In this document: positions 1-8,728 of the stretch, one piece after another
How the letters are laid out: every line of letters begins with the position of its first letter
Numbering within the stretch: position 1 is the first letter of the stretch
Source: a virus
Lineage: Duplodnaviria > Caudoviricetes
Reading direction: 5' to 3' (one strand)
Length of the DNA stretch: 53,649 nt
Virus record (IMG/VR): IMGVR_UViG_3300013094_000065
Location: 1 to 53,649 of that record
Made by a program: the position numbers and the translations under genes
Notes under the pieces: generated by a model
Database searches by the model: none
The model's input: only the letters and a program-made list of their open reading frames with translations
What the model was told of the DNA's origin: nothing

Positions 1-515
1 TCAAAATTATCATTGTCAATGATTAATGGAGTTATTACACTAAAACTCTGTGTTGAACTACTCCATTGGTTAATACCAAATGAGCTAGTTACTGGATTCA
101 CCCAGTAAGTGCCTGCTACTGGCTTACCTTCTGGTATAGTAGTAGTTGGAACAAGTTGTCCTAAATCAATATCAGCCCGCACAACATATACCTGTGAACT
201 AATTCCCAATAAACTATATGCTGATTGTAAACCATATTCGTTTAATTCGTCGCCGTTAATAGGATTACTAGAAGCATCGGTATAAAATAAAGGTGTACCA
301 AACGTGTCTGTTAAATCGCGCTGGCTTGTGATTACGTAAACAGATCCTGCGTTAGACTGAAGAGTTCCAGTTGCTGTACCTGTTTTACTAGCGTTTTGTT
401 TATTTGCTGCACTAGCAACAAAAATAATTGGAGTGCTTCCAGGGGCAGCCGGAGTGTAGAAACTCTCGTCAATTACTTGTACGGATATACCTGGTGAACC
501 TAATACTGTAGCCAT
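1..515 (-). CDS. gp18: Tail sheath protein, N-terminal part (runs off the window start; absent from the ORF track)
   Basis: Manual translation from ATG at 515 gives MATVLGSPGISVQVIDESFYTPAAPGSTPIIFVA...ITSQRDLTDTFGTP...ELNEYGLQSAYSLLG...VVRAD, open to base 1. SPG-x-x-V-x-x-x-D start and FG-x-P match contractile sheath proteins. AAGGAG RBS upstream. Confidence 0.9.
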   Translation of the reverse strand, partial: MATVLGSPGISVQVIDESFYTPAAPGSTPIIFVASAANKQNASKTGTATGTLQSNAGSVYVITSQRDLTDTFGTPLFYTDASSNPINGDELNEYGLQSAYSLLGISSQVYVVRADIDLGQLVPTTTIPEGKPVAGTYWVNPVTSSFGINQWSSSTQSFSVITPLIIDNDNF

Positions 516-547
516 ATGTTAAATCTCCTTAGTGGATTACTTTGTTT

Positions 548-554
548 TATTTAG
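548..554 (-). promoter_or_regulatory. T4-type late promoter-like motif CTAAATA for the tail sheath gene
   Basis: TATTTAG on + strand 33 nt upstream of the ATG; the same core recurs before many genes here. Confidence 0.6.
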
Positions 555-616
555 CTAGTAATTTGAAAAACTGTAAGGTTAAATACAAATGAAAAAGGGC
601 ACTAAAAGGGCGGGAT

Positions 617-952
617 ATGAGACGACTATGCAAAACCTGTAATCAAAGACCAGTAGCTGTAAATTATTATAAAGATGGAATGCCTTATTATAGATCTAAA
701 TGCGATCACTGTAGTCGCGGAAGTAAAGATGGAACACCGTTATGGGCCTTGGCAGGATACAAAAAGAAAAATGCCTGCGATAAGTGTGGCTACATCAGCA
801 AGCATCCTGATCAATTTAATGTATTTTACATTGACGGAAATTTAACAAACACTAGACCTGTTAATTTAAAAACAGTTTGCGCCAATTGTCAGAGAATTCT
901 TCAGAAAGAAGGAGTTAAGTGGAAACAGGGAGATTTAGTTCCGGATTTTTAA
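617..952 (+). CDS. Zn-finger protein with degenerate HNH-like domain
   Basis: Four CxxC pairs; C-terminal IDGNLTNTRPVNLKTVCANCQ resembles an HNH motif but lacks the expected His residues. Confidence 0.65.
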   Translation: MRRLCKTCNQRPVAVNYYKDGMPYYRSKCDHCSRGSKDGTPLWALAGYKKKNACDKCGYISKHPDQFNVFYIDGNLTNTRPVNLKTVCANCQRILQKEGVKWKQGDLVPDF

Positions 953-1000
953 TCTGATCAAATAATTCATTATTATAAACGATGTGATCAATTTTGCCAC

Positions 1001-1651
1001 TTAGGATATGTCAAGGGGATCTAAAACTAGATCCCTAATATGTTTATACAAGTTGTCTATACTACTATTGTTATCTAATATAGCATCAAAGTTGGTACCA
1101 ATCCAGGAAGTTTCGCTAGCGTGAATTCCTAATTTTTCTAACTTGGTTCTACTGGTAGCCCAAGAAAAATTCCCGTATTCACCGGCATTTGCGTTAATTG
1201 CATCTTCATACCATTCGGGCTCAGGTCCACGAATTACACGTATAACTTGCCCGCCATTAGATTTAATTGATTTAATTTCATTAGGAAATCTACAGTCGCT
1301 AATGACTACGTTATCCTTTGAGTTGCGTAGTTTATTTTCTAATGACGAAATCCAAATTTCATTATGAAAATTATTACGAATAACATCTGTACCCCAATAT
1401 TGCAAGATCCAGCGTGGTGTTAAATTTGGCATATTTAATCGTTGTGCCCACCAAGGATCTACCTGCTCTCGCCATTCACGGGCTTCCTTTGTTCGACCTT
1501 CCAGCATGGTACGATCCCACCCAAATACGTGTGCTACGGCATCTTTTAATGAATTTGCAAAACTTTCTCTTCGATATCCGTGAAAATTAACCAAATAATC
1601 TGCCACTGTATCCTTCCCAGACCCAATCAAACCACATACACCAATAATCAT
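1001..1651 (-). CDS. gp1: Deoxynucleoside monophosphate kinase
   Basis: P-loop GLIGSGKDT, SFANSLKD, R-x-x-LQ-x-x-GTD, VVISDCRFPNE and HASE motifs typical of T4-like dNMP kinases. Confidence 0.92.
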   Translation of the reverse strand: MIIGVCGLIGSGKDTVADYLVNFHGYRRESFANSLKDAVAHVFGWDRTMLEGRTKEAREWREQVDPWWAQRLNMPNLTPRWILQYWGTDVIRNNFHNEIWISSLENKLRNSKDNVVISDCRFPNEIKSIKSNGGQVIRVIRGPEPEWYEDAINANAGEYGNFSWATSRTKLEKLGIHASETSWIGTNFDAILDNNSSIDNLYKHIRDLVLDPLDIS

Positions 1652-1696
1652 ATTATCTCCTCTGTATTACATTTTATTACAAATTTATTAAAATAG

Positions 1697-2440
1697 TCAA
1701 ATATTTTGTTTCAATAAATTTTCCAAAAAGCAATAATCGTCATGATGATCAGTTTGTGTATCTATAATAAATTTAGTGTCAGGAGCTGATAATTTAATCC
1801 AATGCTCGTACGAATATCTGTTATATGTGTCACACAACAGTGGATCTGGTAAAGATTTAACATAGTTGGAATGAGTCCACCAAAAATTTCCACTTATGGT
1901 ATTGTTTTTATCACTATGTAAATCTTTAACGCCCACAACATCGCAGTCGTTAAGCATTTTAACACATTTTGCCCATTCTGTGACGCAGTAATGATTTAAA
2001 ATTTCACGCCAACACGCCACTTGCGGGCTGGCACTAACAACACCCTTGGTATGCAAGTATAATAAATCAAAATCATCATTTTGACATTTATTCCATAATA
2101 AATTTAGCATCTGCCCTTCAAAAATATTAGGTTGCCCGCTATCTCTGATATCGATGATTTGTACAAAGGGATATCGAGTATGTATGTATTCTTGAATCTT
2201 GTGTTCAAAATGAATTGCCGACTCTTTATTACGATTAATTCTAAATGGGATTCGAGTCCCTGGGGAAATTTCCCCATAATGCCTAGGCATAGATATTGAC
2301 ATATTAACTGTTCTGGCTATGTCGCTTAATCTAGATTGAGCAATTAATTGTAGTTGCTGATCAATCCACCAGGTCCAGAGTGTATATCTGTTGTCGGCTG
2401 GAATAAAAACGTGATAAAATACTTCAATTGGGCGCATCAA
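1697..2440 (-). CDS. Putative glycosyltransferase-like protein
   Basis: LYLHTKGV and SGNFWW motifs and a C-terminal R-x-x-x-E-x-WI, as in viral glycosyltransferase-like proteins (recalled, not searched). Confidence 0.5.
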   Translation of the reverse strand: MMRPIEVFYHVFIPADNRYTLWTWWIDQQLQLIAQSRLSDIARTVNMSISMPRHYGEISPGTRIPFRINRNKESAIHFEHKIQEYIHTRYPFVQIIDIRDSGQPNIFEGQMLNLLWNKCQNDDFDLLYLHTKGVVSASPQVACWREILNHYCVTEWAKCVKMLNDCDVVGVKDLHSDKNNTISGNFWWTHSNYVKSLPDPLLCDTYNRYSYEHWIKLSAPDTKFIIDTQTDHHDDYCFLENLLKQNI

Positions 2441-2452
2441 AACATTGTAACA

Positions 2453-3211
2453 TTAACCAGTTACCCATGTCAACGGAGTTCCGCCTTCTTTATAATTAAT
2501 TAGATCTTGCTCTAATACTTCTAATTCTGCTTTACCTTCATTTTTCAATGCCGTGCCATTTAATTGTATTCCGCCCTGCGGACTGGCAATTGTGGCAAAT
2601 TTCTCACGAGCTTCACCTAGAATAATTTTAGCATTGGCCAAAGCAAAATCCTTGACCCATTGCCCGGCAAAAGTATCTATTAAAATATTAAAGTCTGGAC
2701 GATAATTGTACATCCACACCAGCACTTCTTCATTTGATTGGGGACGTTGCATTATGGTAAGTATTTTATTGGTCTTGTTATAAGTAAAATTTATATCGCT
2801 ACCAAACATTTTACCAACCTGCTTTTGATATGAAGCAAAGGCATAATAAGTGGCCAAGCCACCCATGTTTGTACTGGCTAACAAATAAGTATTACTATAT
2901 GCCAAATTAAATGGCTCAAATAAACTGCCTCCATCGCCGCCACCTGTTCTAGATCCAATACTACGTCTAAAAAGTTGACGGATTTCCATAACTTCACTGG
3001 GCATGGTATAGTCGTTTTGATTGAGATTTAAAGTTAAAAATCCAAAACTTTCTTCGGTTGAATTACTACTGCGCTGTCGATATTTTGCCAAAGCACGATC
3101 AATGGCAACATTATAGTGTTTGGGGTCAAGCTCTACATCAATCATACCGTCACCTAGAAAGGTTTTGATATAATCAATTACTTTTTGGCGGGCGTTTTCG
3201 TTTTCAGTCAT
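2453..3211 (-). CDS. gp13: Neck protein (head-tail adaptor)
   Basis: LGDGMIDVELD N-terminus; WVKDFALANAKIILGEAREKF...PQGGIQLNG C-terminus; adjacent to gp14/gp15. Confidence 0.85.
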   Translation of the reverse strand: MTENENARQKVIDYIKTFLGDGMIDVELDPKHYNVAIDRALAKYRQRSSNSTEESFGFLTLNLNQNDYTMPSEVMEIRQLFRRSIGSRTGGGDGGSLFEPFNLAYSNTYLLASTNMGGLATYYAFASYQKQVGKMFGSDINFTYNKTNKILTIMQRPQSNEEVLVWMYNYRPDFNILIDTFAGQWVKDFALANAKIILGEAREKFATIASPQGGIQLNGTALKNEGKAELEVLEQDLINYKEGGTPLTWVTG

Positions 3212-3216
3212 ACAAA

Positions 3217-3233
3217 TATTTATCTAATAAATA
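3217..3233. promoter_or_regulatory. Back-to-back divergent late promoter motifs (GATAAATA on -, AATAAATA on +)
   Basis: TATTTATC at 3217-3224 and AATAAATA at 3226-3233, between the divergent gp13 and gp14 units. Confidence 0.65.
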
Positions 3234-3240
3234 TATCACT

Positions 3241-3318
3241 ATGCCGGACTTCATTCAAAACAAATATACCAAATACTATTTTAACATTATCCTGGGAGAA
3301 CTAAAATTCCTCGATTGA
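3241..3318 (+). pseudogene. Collapsed remnant of an HNH-type homing endonuclease (25 aa)
   Basis: MPDFIQNKYTKYYFNIILGELKFLD*; F-I-x-N-K-Y-T-K-x-Y-x-N-I-I resembles the N-terminus of free-standing phage HNH endonucleases. Confidence 0.55.
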
Positions 3319-4520
3319 GTTTATATAAACCCGAAAAGGGCAACGATTTTAGATTCCTTGATAAAATTATCAATGAAGAATTTCAAGTTGGCGGAACTGA
3401 TGTATTTGTTCACAAATATTTAGGCCCTGTTAATCCCACTGATGGAAATGCTACGCCCACTGTGCCAAATACCAATGCAAATCCCATTCCTGAATTGGGA
3501 ATACAAGATGTATTATTAATGGAAAACAGAGATCGCAATTATGATCCAAATGTATACGTAATACGTGGAATTTACACCATGCAGGATTTGGATTTTAATC
3601 TAAGTCAGTTTGGTATGTTCTTGAGTAATGATAATATCTTTATTATGTTTCACTTGGGAACCAGCGTTGCAGCATTGAGTCGTAAACTAATGCCCGGGGA
3701 TGTCATTGAATTACCACATTTAAAAGACGAGTATGGGATGGATGATAGCTTGATAGCATTAAAAAGATTTTATGTTATACAAGATATTAGCCGACCATCG
3801 GCAGGATATAGCCCCACTTGGTATCCACATTTACTTCGTGCTAAATGTGTACCATTGATAGATAGTCAAGAATACAAACAGATTTTTGATGCTGATAGCG
3901 GAAATGGCGACGGAAGCACACTGGGGGATCTATTGAGTAGCTACAATCAAAGTATAGAAATTAACAATCAAATACTTGCCCAAGCAGAGTTAGATGCTCC
4001 GCAGAGTGGATACGATACCACACCGTATTATATATTACCATTAAAAGATAATGGCGATTTGGACGTTGCTGATGTATCTACTACTGACATAGATGTTAGC
4101 ACCGATCAACCTGCGTATGACGCTAGTATCACGTTACACAGTCCGTCGGGAACAATGTATGTGGGGTATCTAACAGGTGATGGATTACCACCAAATGGTG
4201 CCCCGTTTAGCTCTGGTATAACTTTCCCCGGTAGCGCAATTATTGGACAATTTTATCTAAGAACAGATTACTTGCCAAATGTGTTGTACAGATTTGACGG
4301 TACCCATTGGTTAATGTATGAGCAAGATGTTCGAATGACCATGGACAACTTCGGTAATACTGATGTTGCCGCGGGACAGAAATTTTCTGGAAAAGCTGTC
4401 AGAGAAACAGAAAAAACAAGTTTTATTAACAATACTGCCACTGTTACATTAAGTGATGGGCAAGTGTATAACCAACGACAGGCATTGAGTAAGGCACTAA
4501 AACCTAAAGCGGACAATTAA
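3306..4520 (+). CDS. gp14: Neck / head completion protein, probable ATT start
   Basis: In-frame ATT CCT CGA before the TTG at 3315 gives (M)PRLSLYKPEKGNDF; GGAG at 3295-3298; IQDVLLMENRDRNYD, LSQFGMFL and GDVIELPHL are gp14-like. Confidence 0.8.
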   Translation: MPRLSLYKPEKGNDFRFLDKIINEEFQVGGTDVFVHKYLGPVNPTDGNATPTVPNTNANPIPELGIQDVLLMENRDRNYDPNVYVIRGIYTMQDLDFNLSQFGMFLSNDNIFIMFHLGTSVAALSRKLMPGDVIELPHLKDEYGMDDSLIALKRFYVIQDISRPSAGYSPTWYPHLLRAKCVPLIDSQEYKQIFDADSGNGDGSTLGDLLSSYNQSIEINNQILAQAELDAPQSGYDTTPYYILPLKDNGDLDVADVSTTDIDVSTDQPAYDASITLHSPSGTMYVGYLTGDGLPPNGAPFSSGITFPGSAIIGQFYLRTDYLPNVLYRFDGTHWLMYEQDVRMTMDNFGNTDVAAGQKFSGKAVRETEKTSFINNTATVTLSDGQVYNQRQALSKALKPKADN

Positions 4521-4521
4521 A

Positions 4522-4611
4522 ATGCATATCTATACGTTTACACATATAGAAACAGGAAATTATCAATTGAGAAGAGAAGCTCGTAAAAATAAGGTGCTAA
4601 CAAATGTCTAA
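4522..4611 (+). pseudogene. Internally deleted GIY-YIG homing endonuclease remnant (29 aa)
   Basis: MHIYTFTHIETGNYQLRREARKNKVLTNV*; the start resembles GIY-YIG N-termini and is joined to a basic tail overlapping the gp15 start. Confidence 0.55.
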
Positions 4612-5968
4612 TTTTTTCTATGATGGCCAAATACGCCGATACATTACACAATTTATAAGGATGCTGAGTAATTTCAGTTATCAAGATGCCAACGGTAACC
4701 TTACACAGGTACCTGTTCGGTATGGGGATTTAAGTAGACAGGTTGGAAATATTCTTAGAAAGAACTCTGAGAATACTGTGCCTAGTGCTCCGTTTATTTC
4801 TTGTTATATTAAAGATTTAAAATACGATCGTAGTAGATTGCAAGATCCCACGTTTGTCAGTACTGTTAACATTAGAGAACGAGCGCAAGATTCTGAAGGT
4901 AATTTATTGTTTACTCAGGGAAACAACTATACTGTAGAACGCATAATGCCTAGCCCATACAAAATAACATTTTCAGCAGATATTTGGACTAGTAATACTG
5001 ATCAAAAATTACAATTGATTGAGCAAATTGCTGCAATCTTTAATCCTAGTTTAGATTTACAAACCACAGACAATTACATCGACTGGACCAGTTTAACAAC
5101 TGTAACACTAACTGATCAAGGTACTTGGACCAGCAGACAAATTCCACAAGGTGTAGAGCAGGATATAGACATTTCATCAATGATATTTGAAACTCCCATC
5201 TGGATCACTGCTCCGGCAAAGGTCAAACAATTAAATATTATTACAAAAATTATTGCCAACGTGTTTGATGACACGCAAGGATTAATTAATGGGCTAGAGG
5301 CAGGATATAGTGCTCAGATATTTGGCAATAATGATGCTACTGTTGTGGTTACTCCGGGTAATTATAATTTATTGGTGCTTGACGGGGTTGCTATGCTGCA
5401 GTCGGAGTTGTTTATGAATCAAGATATTAATATACAACCCCTTATTACGTGGAATGCTCTGTTGGGATTATATCCCGGGGAATTTACAGCGGGATTGAGC
5501 CAATTGCGTCTAACCAAACCAAATGGATTGGAAATTGTTGCGTTCATGACATTGAGTCCCACAGACGAAACACAGATGTTATTAAGATTTGACCCCAGTA
5601 CAATTCCAAGTAACAATACTATTGGCGGAAGAACGACCGTGGATGCTATTATTAATCCAGAAACGTTTGATCCCGTAACCAAGGTAGCAGGAACCACATA
5701 TTTGATTTTAGAAAATATTTCGTCTGTTATCAATTTTGGGCCCAAGGCATGGTTAAATCATGATGGGTCAGGATTTACTGCTAAGGCCAATGATATTATT
5801 CAATGGTCGGGCACCACTTGGTTGATCATATTTGATTCTTCTACCGTAACAGAAACAACTTATATAACTAATGCTTATACAGGTATACAATATGTATGGA
5901 ACGGCTCGGAGTGGAACAAAAGTTTTGAAGGTGTATACAACAATGCATCATGGCGTTTAATTCTTTAA
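4604..5968 (+). CDS. gp15: Tail terminator / sheath stabiliser with C-terminal extension
   Basis: FFYDGQIRRYITQF, VPVRYG, MPSPY and QKLQLIEQIAAIFNPSL are typical of gp15. Confidence 0.85.
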   Translation: MSNFFYDGQIRRYITQFIRMLSNFSYQDANGNLTQVPVRYGDLSRQVGNILRKNSENTVPSAPFISCYIKDLKYDRSRLQDPTFVSTVNIRERAQDSEGNLLFTQGNNYTVERIMPSPYKITFSADIWTSNTDQKLQLIEQIAAIFNPSLDLQTTDNYIDWTSLTTVTLTDQGTWTSRQIPQGVEQDIDISSMIFETPIWITAPAKVKQLNIITKIIANVFDDTQGLINGLEAGYSAQIFGNNDATVVVTPGNYNLLVLDGVAMLQSELFMNQDINIQPLITWNALLGLYPGEFTAGLSQLRLTKPNGLEIVAFMTLSPTDETQMLLRFDPSTIPSNNTIGGRTTVDAIINPETFDPVTKVAGTTYLILENISSVINFGPKAWLNHDGSGFTAKANDIIQWSGTTWLIIFDSSTVTETTYITNAYTGIQYVWNGSEWNKSFEGVYNNASWRLIL

Positions 5969-6390
5969 ATCAAATTATATGCAGCGGTGGGATTTTTTTA
6001 TCTGAGGACACCAAACGATTTCTTTTTTTGTTAAGAAGTCAAGGAAAAACTGCCGGCACATGGGGATTGGTTGGGGGTAAAAAAGAGCCAACTGACCTAA
6101 CTGTAGTCGATGCTCTTCAAAGAGAAATCTCAGAAGAAGTAGGCAAAACTCCTAAAATAAAAAAAATAATTCCATTAGAACTGTTTGTTTCTAGCGATGA
6201 TAATTTTCAGTATAATACATATGTATTAATTGTTGAGAAGGAATTTATACCGGTATTGAACCATGAGCATAGCGGATATGCCTGGTGTAGTTACGGGTCG
6301 TGGGTAAAGCCACTACATTCAGGCGTGAAAAATAGCCTTAATAACAGAGTAGTTAAGGCCAAATTAGATATCTTGCTAGAATTAATTTAA
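5950..6390 (+). CDS. Nudix hydrolase
   Basis: Nudix box GGKKEPTDLTVVDALQREISEEVG; LNHEHSGYAW. Confidence 0.9.
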   Translation: MAFNSLNQIICSGGIFLSEDTKRFLFLLRSQGKTAGTWGLVGGKKEPTDLTVVDALQREISEEVGKTPKIKKIIPLELFVSSDDNFQYNTYVLIVEKEFIPVLNHEHSGYAWCSYGSWVKPLHSGVKNSLNNRVVKAKLDILLELI

Positions 6391-6394
6391 ATGG

Positions 6395-6580
6395 TTATTC
6401 AGGCTGTTGTAATGCCTGAAGTTGTTTATTGGTTTGATTAACAATATTTTCAACTATTGGATTACTAAACTTACGTGGGATTTCATCTAATGCTGCCACA
6501 ACAGTTTTAATTTCGGCAAGATTTAATGTTAATGTAATATCTGGCTCTTGTGGTTGAGTAGGTTGCGATTGGTCTGACAT
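6395..6580 (-). CDS. Small hypothetical protein
   Basis: 61-aa ORF with AGGA RBS, co-oriented with the upstream operon. Confidence 0.6.
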   Translation of the reverse strand: MSDQSQPTQPQEPDITLTLNLAEIKTVVAALDEIPRKFSNPIVENIVNQTNKQLQALQQPE

Positions 6581-6596
6581 TCGTTAATTTCCTATA

Positions 6597-6866
6597 TTAA
6601 ATTTCAGTAAGAGTTGGAAGATCTGTTCTAGCGTTTAAAGCATTATCTAAAGTAGTTCTTGGATCCTGGCCAGCTACTGACTGAGCAGTTACTGTAAAAT
6701 TTCCCAATGTTGAAGGCATTGGTCCTAATGGAGCCCCTGCGGGTGTTACAGTGTCCGCTTGCTTTGTATAAATTCCATAATTTCCTTGAAGATTTCCCGA
6801 AGCATCTCCGTTGAAATTTTGTAGTTTAATAAAAACTGTTGCTTGATATGTTGATGTTGATGACAT
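6597..6866 (-). CDS. Hypothetical protein
   Basis: 89-aa ORF with AAGGAG RBS overlapping the end of the upstream gene. Confidence 0.6.
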   Translation of the reverse strand: MSSTSTYQATVFIKLQNFNGDASGNLQGNYGIYTKQADTVTPAGAPLGPMPSTLGNFTVTAQSVAGQDPRTTLDNALNARTDLPTLTEI

Positions 6867-6870
6867 TTAA

Positions 6871-8718
6871 TTACTCCTTGTTATTAATATTTTTATAATC
6901 GCCTAACCTATCGCACTTGATTATCAATTTATTTAGTTCAGGCAGGTAAAGATATTCTATATGACTATTTAGTACCGTATTAACTGCATCAGTCAGTGTT
7001 TCTGATAATACATCTCCGGCTAAATTTAAACTTGTATTAAAAAGTACAGGAACACCGGTTTTTTTATAAAAAGCTTCAATTAGATCGTAATAATTTGGGT
7101 TATCTTCTCTAGATACAGTTTGAATTCGGCATGTGTTATCCACATGTGTAACTGCTGGAATTTGCTGTATTTTTTCTTTTTTAACATCCACGGCATACAT
7201 CATGAACGGGCTGGATTTTAATGTTTCCATTTCAAACCAGTTGTGTGCATGTTCTTCTAATACACTCCCGGCGAATGGCCTGAACCACTCTCTTCGTTTT
7301 ACTTTATTAACGATATCTTTGCCATCAATTCTTCGTGGATCAAACAGAATACTGCGATTTCCTAGCGCCCTTGGCCCGCCTTCGGACCGACCTTGAAATA
7401 AAGCAACAATATTTCCTTGATCAATCAAGTTAGCAACTGCGTGAGTAGTGGTATCTATTACACTAACAATCTCTTTTAATTCTTTTTTAACAGCATCTAA
7501 TTCTAAATAGGTTGGAGTAGTACCTAAGTATAATGATTTTACTGGCCTAATTGTCATATCTTTTGATTTTTTATGCCATATAAATTTAGCCAGGCCAATA
7601 GCAGTACCGCCATCATGCGAAATAGGATCAACGTAAAAGTTAATATTTGGAAAATGCTTTATAATTTTATAGTTTGCAACACAATTTAATCCATAACCTC
7701 CAGATATGACAACATTTGTTTCACCAGATAAATCAATGGCTTTTTGAATTAAGTTAATAACCTGTTTTTCAGTTTCTTGTTGTACTGCCCATGCTAAGTT
7801 TTTATCAACCCGACGGCATAACGAAGAATCGTGATGCCATTTTCTAACTTTTTCTTCAGTATCTGTTAACTCTAAGTACGGATATTGAGTAGAATCAATA
7901 TTTGCCGCTAGCGGATAGAATGGTATTAATAAATTTTTATTACCTTTGCCATTGATAAAAAATTCTGGAATATTCTCATCATATTTGCCATAAGGTGCCA
8001 ATCCCATTGTTTTGCCTGCGTCTATACCAGCAAATCCAAGATAGATAGTCACTGCTTCATAAGCCTTGACAATAGTAATAGATGGATCACATTCGTATAT
8101 TCCATTTACGTATCGTCTGTTTATTCCATCGCAATATCTTTTATGTAAAGGAATAAACTCACAAGGATACGAACATTTATAAATTGATTCTGTTTCAAAC
8201 CCACCTCCAATTCCACGACCTTGCTCATCGTACCATTCTTTATGTGACCCAGACCCGTCAACAACCACAGCAACAGCAGTTTTAAATCCAGATCCATAAA
8301 ATGCCGAAGAAGCATGACCCAAATGGTGCCCGTGCATCATTGGTGTAACTTTAACATTTTTATTAAATTTACGAACAATTGAAGAATAAGGATCCTCCCC
8401 TGTCCAAGATAGAGTTGGCAATTCTGTTTGTGCGCCACCAATTATAAATTCATCAATTGACCCAAGTTGAATTGCGTTCAACATGGCTCGAACTGGATTG
8501 CCGTCGTACTTCAAATGTGTATAGCGATCTTCTTCGCCATAGTAAATCAATTCACCATCAACCACCAATGCAGCTGACGCATTATGTCCGGGATTTATGG
8601 CCAAAATAGTATATGGTTTATTTTGATTTTTTTTAATTCCAGATGGTATTTTTTGGACGTGTGGCGTTTTTTGTTTTGTAATATCGATAATAGTGGGAGA
8701 TTTTAGAATTGGTAGCAT
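6871..8718 (-). CDS. Carbamoyltransferase, NodU/CmcH/TobZ family (paralogue A)
   Basis: Kae1-like domain (HHLGHA, VDGSG, GKTMGLAPYG, GGYGLNCVAN) plus YrdC-like domain (GPRALGNRSIL, KRREWFRPFA, HVDNTCRIQTV, NTSLN). Confidence 0.92.
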   Translation of the reverse strand: MLPILKSPTIIDITKQKTPHVQKIPSGIKKNQNKPYTILAINPGHNASAALVVDGELIYYGEEDRYTHLKYDGNPVRAMLNAIQLGSIDEFIIGGAQTELPTLSWTGEDPYSSIVRKFNKNVKVTPMMHGHHLGHASSAFYGSGFKTAVAVVVDGSGSHKEWYDEQGRGIGGGFETESIYKCSYPCEFIPLHKRYCDGINRRYVNGIYECDPSITIVKAYEAVTIYLGFAGIDAGKTMGLAPYGKYDENIPEFFINGKGNKNLLIPFYPLAANIDSTQYPYLELTDTEEKVRKWHHDSSLCRRVDKNLAWAVQQETEKQVINLIQKAIDLSGETNVVISGGYGLNCVANYKIIKHFPNINFYVDPISHDGGTAIGLAKFIWHKKSKDMTIRPVKSLYLGTTPTYLELDAVKKELKEIVSVIDTTTHAVANLIDQGNIVALFQGRSEGGPRALGNRSILFDPRRIDGKDIVNKVKRREWFRPFAGSVLEEHAHNWFEMETLKSSPFMMYAVDVKKEKIQQIPAVTHVDNTCRIQTVSREDNPNYYDLIEAFYKKTGVPVLFNTSLNLAGDVLSETLTDAVNTVLNSHIEYLYLPELNKLIIKCDRLGDYKNINNKE

Positions 8719-8728
8719 AATTCAGCAA

